A stretch of 64,000 bases of DNA. Origin: an uncultured Candidatus Rokubacteria bacterium. Its GTDB lineage: Bacteria; Methylomirabilota; Methylomirabilia; Rokubacteriales; DASRDR01. A model generated the notes under the pieces. That model worked only from the letters and a program-made list of their open reading frames with translations. It searched no databases and was not told the origin of the DNA. The DNA is taken from contig CAWGVS010000005.1 in assembly GCA_963826115.1 (NCBI GenBank), positions 768,001 through 832,000 on the forward strand, written 5' to 3'. A program made the position numbers and the translations under genes. The stretch's first letter is position 1; each line of letters opens with the position of its first letter. This document shows positions 29,754-38,456 of this stretch, one piece after another.

Positions 29754-30254
29754 TCAGCGTCTCTTCGAGCCGCCGGTCAGGAGCCCGAGGAACATCCCGA
29801 CCGCGCCGGGAATCCCGGCGAGCATCAGCAGGAGCCCGCCGAACCGCGCGAGCCAGCTCAGGCCGTCACCGGGTTTCTGGCCGAGGGCCAGGCCCGGGAC
29901 GAGCCGCGTCACGACGGGATCGACCGACAGGAGGATCGGCTGCCCCACGTCGGGCACCGCCGCGGCGAGCAGGAGGGCGTAGACGGACAGGAATATCCCG
30001 GGCGAAGCGAGCTTGAGCCAGAGGGGCCCCTCGTCCATGAACGTGTCGCGCAGGAGCATCAGCATGCCGATCGGCGTCACGACGAACGTCAGGAGCGCGT
30101 AGACGGTCTGGCGGACGTCCGAGCTGACGGCCTGGTCGATGTAGGGCGCCAGCTCCCCCGGGCTCTCGAGCCCGACCATCAGCCAGAGCCCGATCACCCC
30201 GACGACCCAGAGCAGGCCCAGTCCGACGCAGAGACGTCCCAGCCGCTCGAGCAT
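29754..30254 (-). CDS. Hypothetical membrane protein
   Basis: 4 hydrophobic segments; tightly packed between SPFH gene and dnaE. Confidence 0.65.
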   Translation of the reverse strand: MLERLGRLCVGLGLLWVVGVIGLWLMVGLESPGELAPYIDQAVSSDVRQTVYALLTFVVTPIGMLMLLRDTFMDEGPLWLKLASPGIFLSVYALLLAAAVPDVGQPILLSVDPVVTRLVPGLALGQKPGDGLSWLARFGGLLLMLAGIPGAVGMFLGLLTGGSKRR

Positions 30255-30260
30255 CGGAGG

Positions 30261-31235
30261 CTAGCGCCGCGTCCCGTCGCCCGACCCGCTCGCGGGGGCC
30301 TGGAGCTGGACGAACGGGACGGCGCCGCTTCCGAACGTGGTCTGGGGCAGACGCCCGTCCCACTTCGAGAGGTACTGCTGCTGGATCAGGGGCTGGGTCA
30401 GCGAGGCGGCGACCCGCGCGTTGTAGGTCGCCTCGGCCTCGCCCTTGATCCGGGTGGCGTCGGCGACCCCCTTGGCCTCCTCGCGGGCGGCGTCGCCGCG
30501 CCCCTTGGCGGCGGCCGCGATGATCTCGGCCTGGCGCTGGGCCTGGATGAGCTCGTAGCGCTTCTGCTCCGCCTTCTGTTCCTCGATCTGCTTCGCCTCG
30601 ATGGCCTTCTCGTAGTTCTGGTCGAATCGGATGTTCGCCAGCGACGCCTCCTTCAGCTCCACCCCGTACTTGGCGAGCCAGGTGGTGAGGTCGCGCTGGA
30701 TGTCGGCCTTGATCGCCGGCCGCCGGAGCAGGATCTCCGCCGCGTTGTGCGTCGCGGTGTTCGCTTTCAGGACCTCCTGGGCGGCCGGGTCGATGATCAC
30801 CGCCGAGTAGTCGAGGCCGATGGACTTGTACACCTCGGGGGCGCGGTCGGGATGGAGCCGGTAGTTCAGCACCATCTCGACGTGGACGGCCTGGAGGTCC
30901 TTCGACGCCGCGTCGTACCGCGCCGAGTGCTTCCCCACCCGCCCATCCATGACCACGATGTCGTAGAGTGGGTTCAGGACGACGTTCAGGCCCTCGCGGA
31001 GCGGCGCGGGGTCCACCTCCCCGAACAGCACCTTCACGCCCACGTGGCCCGCCGGGATGATCCGGAACACCGAGAAGAACAGGATGAGGGCCGGGACGCC
31101 GAGGGCCAGCAAGAGGACGATGCGCGGCCCGACCGTGCGGAGCGCGGGCGGGAGGCCCTCGTTGCGTCGGCGGAGGGCGCCGTGGATGACGAGCCCCGCG
31201 AGCAGGACGACGGCCGCGAAGACCAGCTTGCTCAT
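30261..31235 (-). CDS. Prohibitin/SPFH (band 7) family protein
   Basis: Two N-terminal TMs, IPAGHVGV..FG, SKDLQ, AIEAKQ..EQ.AE coiled coil, KWDGRLP. Confidence 0.92.
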   Translation of the reverse strand: MSKLVFAAVVLLAGLVIHGALRRRNEGLPPALRTVGPRIVLLLALGVPALILFFSVFRIIPAGHVGVKVLFGEVDPAPLREGLNVVLNPLYDIVVMDGRVGKHSARYDAASKDLQAVHVEMVLNYRLHPDRAPEVYKSIGLDYSAVIIDPAAQEVLKANTATHNAAEILLRRPAIKADIQRDLTTWLAKYGVELKEASLANIRFDQNYEKAIEAKQIEEQKAEQKRYELIQAQRQAEIIAAAAKGRGDAAREEAKGVADATRIKGEAEATYNARVAASLTQPLIQQQYLSKWDGRLPQTTFGSGAVPFVQLQAPASGSGDGTRR

Positions 31236-31266
31236 CCTTGGATCGCCTCCGGCTGCGTCTGGTTGC

Positions 31267-32808
31267 TCACTCCCACTCGATGGTGCTGGGGGGCTTCGAG
31301 GAGATGTCGTAGACGACGCGGTTCACGCCCTTGACCTCGTTGATGATCCGGGTCGAGATCCGGGCCAGGACGTCGTACGGGAGGCGGGCCCAGTCGGCCG
31401 TCATGGCGTCCTGGCTCACCACCGCCCGCAGGGCGACGACCTGCGCGTAGGTCCGGAAGTCGCCCATCACGCCGACCGTGCGCACCGGCAGGAGCACGGC
31501 GAACGCCTGCCAGAGGGACCGGCCGAGGCTCGCGGCCTCGATCTCCTCCTGGACGACGGCGTCGGCGCTCCGCACCACCTCGAGCCGCTCTTCGGTCACG
31601 TCGCCCAGGATGCGGACGGCGAGCCCGGGGCCGGGGAACGGCTGCCGCCAGACGATCTCCGGCGGAAGCCCGAGCACCTCGCCGAGGGCCCGTACCTCGT
31701 CCTTGAAGAGCTCCCGCAGTGGCTCCACCAGGGTGAAGCGGAGGTCCTTCGGCAGCCCTCCGACGTTGTGGTGCGTCTTGATCGTCGCCGACGGCCCCCG
31801 GAACGACGTGGACTCGATGACGTCCGGGTAGAGCGTGCCCTGGGCCAGGAACGGGATCGTGCCGAGCCGTTCGGCTTCCTCCTGGAACACGGCGATGAAC
31901 TCCGCGCCGATGATCTTGCGCTTCTGCTCGGGGTCGGCCACGCCCTGGAGGCGCTCCAGGAAGCGCTTGGCGGCGTCCACGTAGAGGAGCCGCATTCCGA
32001 AGCGGTCCTGGAAGGTCCGGCGGACCGCGTCCCCTTCCCCCTTCCGGAGGAGGCCGTTGTCGACGAAGACGCACTGGAGCTGGTCGCCGATCGCCCGGTG
32101 CACCAGCGCGGCCGTCACCGCCGAGTCGACGCCGCCCGAGAGCGCGCAGAGGACCCGCTGGCGCCCGACCTGCGCGCGGACGGTGTCGACGGCGTGGTCG
32201 ACGAAGGAGCTCATCGACCAGCCCGGCTTGAGCCCGGCCAGGTGGAACAGGAAGTTCTCGAGGACGCGCTGCCCCTGCGGGGTGTGGGCGACCTCGGGGT
32301 GGAACTGCACCGCGTAGAGGCGCCGTTCCGGCGCCGCCATCGCCGCGACCGGGCTGTTGGTCGTCGTCGCGAGCGCCCGGAAGCCCGGCGGCGGCGCGAG
32401 GACCGTGTCGCCGTGACTCATCCACACCGTGACGCACCCGGAGGGCGTGTCCGGACGGACCCCCTCGAACAGCAGGTCCTGGTTCTGCACGGCGACCTCG
32501 GCGCGGCCGTACTCCCGGTGCGGGCTCGGCTCGACCTTCCCGCCGAGGAGCAGGGCCATGGCCTGCATCCCGTAGCAGATGCCGAGGACCGGGATCCCCG
32601 CCTCGAGGAGGGCCGGCGGCGGCAACGGCGCCCCCTCGTCGTAGACGCTGCTGGGGCCCCCGGACAGGACGATGGCCTGGTGGCCGAGGAGCCGCTCCAG
32701 GGGAACGGTGGGCGGGAAGATCTCGGAGTAGACGCCAGCTTCCCGGATACGACGAGCGATCAGCTGCGTGAACTGTGAGCCGTAGTCGACGACCGCGACC
32801 TTGTCCAT
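31267..32808 (-). CDS. guaA: GMP synthase (glutamine-hydrolyzing)
   Basis: [52 protein letters not shown]. Confidence 0.98.
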   Translation of the reverse strand: MDKVAVVDYGSQFTQLIARRIREAGVYSEIFPPTVPLERLLGHQAIVLSGGPSSVYDEGAPLPPPALLEAGIPVLGICYGMQAMALLLGGKVEPSPHREYGRAEVAVQNQDLLFEGVRPDTPSGCVTVWMSHGDTVLAPPPGFRALATTTNSPVAAMAAPERRLYAVQFHPEVAHTPQGQRVLENFLFHLAGLKPGWSMSSFVDHAVDTVRAQVGRQRVLCALSGGVDSAVTAALVHRAIGDQLQCVFVDNGLLRKGEGDAVRRTFQDRFGMRLLYVDAAKRFLERLQGVADPEQKRKIIGAEFIAVFQEEAERLGTIPFLAQGTLYPDVIESTSFRGPSATIKTHHNVGGLPKDLRFTLVEPLRELFKDEVRALGEVLGLPPEIVWRQPFPGPGLAVRILGDVTEERLEVVRSADAVVQEEIEAASLGRSLWQAFAVLLPVRTVGVMGDFRTYAQVVALRAVVSQDAMTADWARLPYDVLARISTRIINEVKGVNRVVYDISSKPPSTIEWE

Positions 32809-32856
32809 GCGTCGATCGTCTCCCGCGGCGCGGGCGGCGGGGGTCACGGCCCCGCG

Positions 32857-34017
32857 CTACTTGCCCATGCCGACGCGCTGTGCCTTCTGGAAGATCTTGC
32901 CCTCCGTCTTGATGGCCGGCGCGATGATGAGCTCCGTCATCTGGAGCTCGCGGATCGTCTGGGCCCCGACCGAGCCCATGCAGGTCCGGAGGGCGCCCAT
33001 GAGGTTCATCGAGCCGTCGTCGGTGAACGCGGGTCCGAAGAGGATCTGCTCCAGCGGGCCGACGACACCAACGCGGATGCGCGTGCCCCGGGGCAGGTTC
33101 GAGTGCGGCGTCGCCATGCCCCAGTGGTACCCGCGGCCCGGCGCTTCCACCGCGCGCGCGAAGGCCGAGCCGATCATGACCGAGTCGGCGCCCGCCGCCA
33201 GCGCCTTGCAGATGTCGCCGCCGGTGGACATGCCCCCGTCGGTGATGATCGGCACGTAGCGGCCGCTCTGCTTGTAGTAGAAGTCGCGGGCGGCCGCCGA
33301 GTCCGCCGTGGCGGTGATCTGCGGCACACCGAGGCCCAGGACCTCGCGCGAGGTGCACGCGGCGCCCGGCCCCACCCCGATGAGCAGCGCGTCGACCCCG
33401 GTCTGCATCAGCTCGAGCGTCGCCTCGTAGGTGACGCAGTTCCCGACGATCAGCGGGATGGAGAGCTCGCGCTTCAGGTGCCGGAAGTCGAGGGGCTCGT
33501 ACTCGGTGGCGATGTGCCGGGCCGTCGACACCGTCGACTGGACGACGAAGAAGTCGGCGCCCGCCTCCTCGGCGATCTTCGCGAAGCGCATCGCCCGCTG
33601 CGGGATGGCTGACACGATGACGGTCGCGCCGCCCTTCTTGATCTCGGAGACGCGACGGTGGACCAGGTCCTCCTTGATCGGCTCGCCGTAGATCGACTGG
33701 ATGATCCGGGTCGCTTCCTCGGCCGACGAGGAGATGATCTGCTGGACCACCTCGTCGGGCGTCTCGTAGCGGGTCTGGATGCCCTCGAGGTTCAGGACGG
33801 CCAGGCCGCCGAGCCTGCCCATCTCGATCGCGAAGCGGGGGTCGGTGACGCCGTCCATCGCCGCGGCGATGATCGGAAGCTCGATGCGCCGGCCGCAGAG
33901 CTCCCAGGCCACGTCGACCTCGTTCGGGTTGACCGTGACGGTGCCCGGCACCAGGGCGATGTCGTCGAACCCGTACGCGACCCGCGCCTTGCGTCCGCGA
34001 CCGACCCACATGCCCAT
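32857..34017 (-). CDS. guaB: GuaB3-type IMP dehydrogenase family protein (no CBS domains)
   Basis: YGFDDIALVP, AAAMDGV, LNLEG, GVGPGAACTSR catalytic Cys loop, ITDGG. Confidence 0.9.
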   Translation of the reverse strand: MGMWVGRGRKARVAYGFDDIALVPGTVTVNPNEVDVAWELCGRRIELPIIAAAMDGVTDPRFAIEMGRLGGLAVLNLEGIQTRYETPDEVVQQIISSSAEEATRIIQSIYGEPIKEDLVHRRVSEIKKGGATVIVSAIPQRAMRFAKIAEEAGADFFVVQSTVSTARHIATEYEPLDFRHLKRELSIPLIVGNCVTYEATLELMQTGVDALLIGVGPGAACTSREVLGLGVPQITATADSAAARDFYYKQSGRYVPIITDGGMSTGGDICKALAAGADSVMIGSAFARAVEAPGRGYHWGMATPHSNLPRGTRIRVGVVGPLEQILFGPAFTDDGSMNLMGALRTCMGSVGAQTIRELQMTELIIAPAIKTEGKIFQKAQRVGMGK

Positions 34018-34090
34018 GCGCTACCCCTCCCTCGTCCGTCGCGCCCTACCGGTTGTGACCGTGTCCGCTACTGCCACTAGATATTGGGAC

Positions 34091-34120
34091 AGTATAAAAG
34101 CCGCGTCCGGCGGGTGTCAA
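34091..34120 (-). promoter_or_regulatory. sigma70-like promoter of guaB3-guaA
   Basis: TTGACA(34120-15)-18-TATACT(34096-91). Confidence 0.65.
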
Positions 34121-34908
34121 GTCGTCGGCCCGTCCGCGCGCGCTCGCCGCGCCCGCGCGCACGCGATGCGGAGCCCCTCGAGCGTCAGGTGCGGATTGAC
34201 GACGTCGATCGTGCTCGCGAGGCCGTCCATCAGGCCCACCAGGCCGCCCGTCGCGACCACCTTCGGCGTTCCGCCCATCTCCCCGCGCATCCGCGTGACC
34301 AGGCCGTCGACCAGGCCCGCGTACCCGTACACGATCCCCGACTGGATGTTGGTCACGGTGTTGCGCCCGATGGCGGCGGGCGGCCGGACGAGGTCGACGC
34401 GAAAGAGCCGCGCGGCCCGGGCGGTCAGCGCCTCGGCGGCCGTGGCGATTCCCGGCGCGATCGCGCCGCCGATGAACTCACCCTCCGGCGACACGCACTC
34501 GAACGTCGTCGCGGTCCCGAAGTCGATGATGATGAGCGGCGGCCCGTAGAGCTCGATGGCCCCCACCACCTTGACGACCCGGTCGGGCCCCACCTCGCGC
34601 GGGTAGTCCACGCGCATGGCGAGCGCCACGTTGACGGCGGACTCCACGACGAAGGGCGAGATCCCGAAGTAGCGACTGGCCATCTCCTCGATGGTCCGCT
34701 GAACGGCGGGCACGGTCGACGAGATGGCCAGGTCGGTCACCTGGGACGGCTCGAGCCCGTGGCTCCGGAGCATCGTCTGGGTGAAGACGCCGTACTCGTC
34801 CGCGGTCTGCTCCCGCCGGGTTGTGAGCCGCCACGACGCGACGAGGTGCTCGCCGTCGTACACGCCCAGCTTGACGTTGGTGTTGCCGACGTCGACCACG
34901 AGCAGCAT
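34117..34908 (-). CDS. coaX: Type III pantothenate kinase
   Basis: LLVVDVGNTN, EVGPDR, IDFGTATT, GGAIAPG, VATGG, LTLEGL. Confidence 0.96.
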   Translation of the reverse strand: MLLVVDVGNTNVKLGVYDGEHLVASWRLTTRREQTADEYGVFTQTMLRSHGLEPSQVTDLAISSTVPAVQRTIEEMASRYFGISPFVVESAVNVALAMRVDYPREVGPDRVVKVVGAIELYGPPLIIIDFGTATTFECVSPEGEFIGGAIAPGIATAAEALTARAARLFRVDLVRPPAAIGRNTVTNIQSGIVYGYAGLVDGLVTRMRGEMGGTPKVVATGGLVGLMDGLASTIDVVNPHLTLEGLRIACARARRARADGPTT

Positions 34909-35723
34909 CAGGACGCTCCCGCGCGCGCCGGCTCTGGCCGCTCCCCCGGCGGCGCGACGAGGCTCGTGCGCCGCCCGTCGTCGCGCCGGACCAGGAGCTC
35001 CCCGGCCGGGCCGAGGTCCTCGGCCGTGCCCTCGCCGTCGGCCAGGCGGATGCGGCCGCCGAGCACGCCGCGCCGGCGCCACGCGGCCCGCACGGGCTCG
35101 AAGCCCGCGTCCGCAAGGACGCCGTACCAGCGGTCCAGGCCCTCGAGCAGCGCGCCGAGGAGCGTCGCGCGCTTCACGGACACGCCCAGCTCGAGGAGGG
35201 ACCGAGCGCGGCCCGCGAGGTCGGCCGGCCAGTCCGCCTCGCGTTGCGACACGTTCACGCCGACGCCGAGGACCACCAGGGGCGGCGCGCCGGCCACACC
35301 CTCCGCGAGAATGCCCGCGACCTTGGTCTCGCCGACGAGGACGTCGTTGGGCCACTTGAGCGTCACCGCTCCGCCGCCGAGGGCTTCCAGCGTCTCGGCG
35401 ACCGCGCAGCCGGCCGCCAGCGGGATCTCCGGCCAACGCGCCACCGGGAAGCGCGGTCGCAGGACCGCCGAGAAGAGGAGCGCGGTGCCGGGAGGCGCCG
35501 TCCATCGCCGCCCGTGCTGGCCGCGGCCGGCGCTCTGGTGGTCGGCGACGACCACGGCGCCCTCGGGGGCACCCGCGTCGGCCCACGCGCGGGCCAGCGT
35601 CTGGGTCGAGCCGACGGAGCGGAAGGCCAGGAGCGGCCCGCCGACGCGCCCGCCCGGCAGGCAGGAGGTGAGCGCGCGCGTCAGGGCGTGGTCGGGCGCC
35701 GTCTCAGCGACCGGCCAGGCCAT
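34908..35723 (-). CDS. birA: Biotin--[acetyl-CoA carboxylase] ligase (no HTH)
   Basis: STQ, QSAGRGQHGRRW, LKWPND, KVAGIL.E, GVGVNV; start ATG 35723 approximate. Confidence 0.93.
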   Translation of the reverse strand: MAWPVAETAPDHALTRALTSCLPGGRVGGPLLAFRSVGSTQTLARAWADAGAPEGAVVVADHQSAGRGQHGRRWTAPPGTALLFSAVLRPRFPVARWPEIPLAAGCAVAETLEALGGGAVTLKWPNDVLVGETKVAGILAEGVAGAPPLVVLGVGVNVSQREADWPADLAGRARSLLELGVSVKRATLLGALLEGLDRWYGVLADAGFEPVRAAWRRRGVLGGRIRLADGEGTAEDLGPAGELLVRRDDGRRTSLVAPPGERPEPARAGAS

Positions 35724-38388
35724 CCAGCCGTTCCAGGCCTTCCTGGAGCTTCGCCCGGAGCGCACGCTGCTCGATGGCGCGCGCCTCCTCGCGGGCGACC
35801 ACCTCGGCCGGCGCCCGCTGGCGAAAGTCCTCGCGCGCGAGCTTGGCCTCGCTGCGGCCGAGCTCCTCGTCGACCTTCCGGAGCTCCCGGGAGAGCCGGC
35901 TCCGCTCGGCCTCGACGTCCACCAACCCCTCCATCGGGACGTACACCTCGCAGCCCTCGGCGAGCGCGAGGAGGGAGTGCGGGGGGCGTATCGCGTCCGG
36001 GTCGACGAGCACCTCGGCGCGGGCCAGCGCGCCGACCGGGGCGGCGGCCTCGCGCAAGCTCGCGGCCACGGATCCGGCGGGCGGCCGGACGATGGCCGTC
36101 AGCGTGCGCGAGGGCGGGATCTGGAACTCGCTCCGGAGGTTCCGCACCGCGCTGATGACCGCCATGATCGGCGCCATCGCCGCTTCGGCCTCCGGGTCGA
36201 GGTCCCGCCGGCGCACGCGGGGGAAGCGGGCGATCATGATGCTCGCCGCGGCTCCCCTGCCCTTCGGGAGCTTCTGCCAGATCTCCTCGGTGATGAAGGG
36301 CATGAAGGGATGGAGCAGCCTGAGCGTCGTCTCCAGCACCTCCACGAGCGTCGCCTGCGTGCGCGCCCGCGCGGCCGGGTCGTCGCTCCGGTAGAGGGTC
36401 AGCTTCGACCACTCGAGGTACCAGTCGCAGAACTCGTGCCACAGGAACTGGTAGATCGCGCCCGCCGCGTCGTTGAAGCGGTAGGCCGCCAGCGACTTGC
36501 GGACCACGCCGATCGTCCGCGCCAGGCGGCTCCGGATCCAGCGCTCGGCGAGCGCCGGTGGAGCCTTGCGGGCGAGCGCGGGCCGGTATCCGTCCAGGTT
36601 CGAGAGGACGAAGCGGGCCGCGTTCCACAGCTTGTTGGCAAAGTTGCGGTAACCCTCGATGCGCTCGTCGGAGAGCCGGATGTCCCGGCCCTGGGCGGCC
36701 AGCGCCGCCAGCGTGAAGCGGAGCGCATCGGTTCCGTAGCGCTCCATCAGCTCGAGCGGGTCGACGACGTTTCCCTTCGACTTCGACATCTTCTGCCCCT
36801 CGGCGTCGCGCACGAGGGCGTGGATGTACACGTCCCGGAAGGGCACCTCCCCCATGAACTGGAGGCCCATCATCATCATCCGGGCGACCCAGAAGAAGAG
36901 GATGTCGAAGCCGGTGACCAGGCATGAGGTCGGATAGAAGACCTTGAGCTCCGGCGTCTCGCGTGGCCACCCGAGCGTCGAGAAGGGCCAGAGCGCCGAC
37001 GAGAACCAGGTGTCGAGGACGTCCTCGTCGCGGCGGAGCGGACCCCGGCAGGCCGGGCACTCGGTGAGGTCCTCCCGCGACACGTGGATCGACCCCTCGG
37101 CGTCGCAGTACCAGACCGGGAGCCGGTGGCCCCACCAGAGCTGGCGCGAGATGCACCAGTCGCGGATGTTGTTCATCCACCAGTAGTACGTCTTCAGCCA
37201 CATCCGCGGCACGATGCGCGTGCGTCCGTCGCGGACTGCCTTGGCGGCGCGCTCGGCGAGCGGCTTCGTCCGGACGTACCACTGCTTCGAGACCAGGGGC
37301 TCCACCACGGTCTTGCAGCGGTAGCACGTCCCGACGCGGTGCTGATAGGGCTCGATCTTGTCGATCAGGCCCAGGGCCTGCATGTCCTCGACGATGCGCT
37401 TCCGCGTCTCGAAGCGGTCGAGGCCGGCGTACTTGCCGGCACGCTCGTTCATCTTGCCGTCGAAGCCGATGACCTGGCGCACCTCGAGCCCGTGGCGCTG
37501 CCCGATCTCGAAGTCGGTCGGGTCGTGGGCGGGCGTGACCTTGATGACGCCGGTCCCGAACTTCGGGTCGACCGCGGCGTCGGCCACGACCTTCATCCGG
37601 ATCGTCCCCTCGACCGACGGGACCTCGAGCTCCTTCCCCACGTACTGGGCGTAGCGCCGGTCCTTCGGGTTGACGGCGAGTGCCGTGTCGCCGAGCTTCG
37701 TCTCGGGACGCACCGTCGCCAGGGAGAGCGGACCGTACTTGATGTAGTAGAGTTCCGAGGCCTGCTCCTCGTACTCCACCTCGAGGTCGGAGAGCACCGT
37801 CTGGCAGCGCGGGCACCAGTTGACGATGTACTCGCCCTGGTAGATGAGGCCCTCTTCCCAGAGCCGGACGAAGACCTCGCGCACCGCGGCCGACAGCCCC
37901 GGGTCCATCGTGAAGCGTTCGCGCTCCCAGTCGCAGGAGGCGCCGAGCCGCTTCAGCTGCCGGATGATCGTGCCGCCGGATTCCTCCTTCCACTTCCACA
38001 CCCGCTGGACGAACGCGTCACGCCCCAGCGCCTGGCGGCTCGTGCCCTCGGCGGCGAGCTGGCGCTCGACCACCACCTGGGTGGCGATCCCCGCGTGATC
38101 CATCCCCGGCTGCCAGAGGGTCTTGAAGCCGTCCATGCGCTTCCACCGAACCAGGATGTCCTGGAGCGTGTTGTTGAGCGCGTGGCCCATGTGGAGCGAG
38201 CCGGTGACGTTCGGCGGCGGGATGACGATGCAGTACGGCTTCGCCTTGGAGAAGGTGTCCGCGCGGAAATACCCGCGCTCCTCCCACACGCCGTACCAGG
38301 TGTCCTCGGCCTGGCGGGGGTCGTAGCGGTCCGCGAGGGGCGCCGGCGGGCGCGCGGCGGGCTTCGGGTCGTCCGGCACGGCGGTCAT
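35704..38388 (-). CDS. valS: Valyl-tRNA synthetase
   Basis: PPPNVTGSLHMGHA, DWCISRQLWWGH, KMSKS, C-terminal coiled coil; true start may be GTG 38379. Confidence 0.98.
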   Translation of the reverse strand: MTAVPDDPKPAARPPAPLADRYDPRQAEDTWYGVWEERGYFRADTFSKAKPYCIVIPPPNVTGSLHMGHALNNTLQDILVRWKRMDGFKTLWQPGMDHAGIATQVVVERQLAAEGTSRQALGRDAFVQRVWKWKEESGGTIIRQLKRLGASCDWERERFTMDPGLSAAVREVFVRLWEEGLIYQGEYIVNWCPRCQTVLSDLEVEYEEQASELYYIKYGPLSLATVRPETKLGDTALAVNPKDRRYAQYVGKELEVPSVEGTIRMKVVADAAVDPKFGTGVIKVTPAHDPTDFEIGQRHGLEVRQVIGFDGKMNERAGKYAGLDRFETRKRIVEDMQALGLIDKIEPYQHRVGTCYRCKTVVEPLVSKQWYVRTKPLAERAAKAVRDGRTRIVPRMWLKTYYWWMNNIRDWCISRQLWWGHRLPVWYCDAEGSIHVSREDLTECPACRGPLRRDEDVLDTWFSSALWPFSTLGWPRETPELKVFYPTSCLVTGFDILFFWVARMMMMGLQFMGEVPFRDVYIHALVRDAEGQKMSKSKGNVVDPLELMERYGTDALRFTLAALAAQGRDIRLSDERIEGYRNFANKLWNAARFVLSNLDGYRPALARKAPPALAERWIRSRLARTIGVVRKSLAAYRFNDAAGAIYQFLWHEFCDWYLEWSKLTLYRSDDPAARARTQATLVEVLETTLRLLHPFMPFITEEIWQKLPKGRGAAASIMIARFPRVRRRDLDPEAEAAMAPIMAVISAVRNLRSEFQIPPSRTLTAIVRPPAGSVAASLREAAAPVGALARAEVLVDPDAIRPPHSLLALAEGCEVYVPMEGLVDVEAERSRLSRELRKVDEELGRSEAKLAREDFRQRAPAEVVAREEARAIEQRALRAKLQEGLERLDGLAGR

Positions 38389-38408
38389 TCTAGCATCGGG
38401 CCCCGTCG

Positions 38409-38437
38409 TTTACACGTCGCGGGGCGTCCCGTAGAAT
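38409..38437 (+). promoter_or_regulatory. sigma70-like promoter of lptFG
   Basis: TTTACA-17-TAGAAT. Confidence 0.6.
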
Positions 38438-38456
38438 TGTCAGCGAAGGCCCGGCC

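Noticed and set aside
38389-38456. T-box upstream of valS
   Set aside because: The spacer is only 68 bp, is occupied by divergent promoters and has no T-box motif
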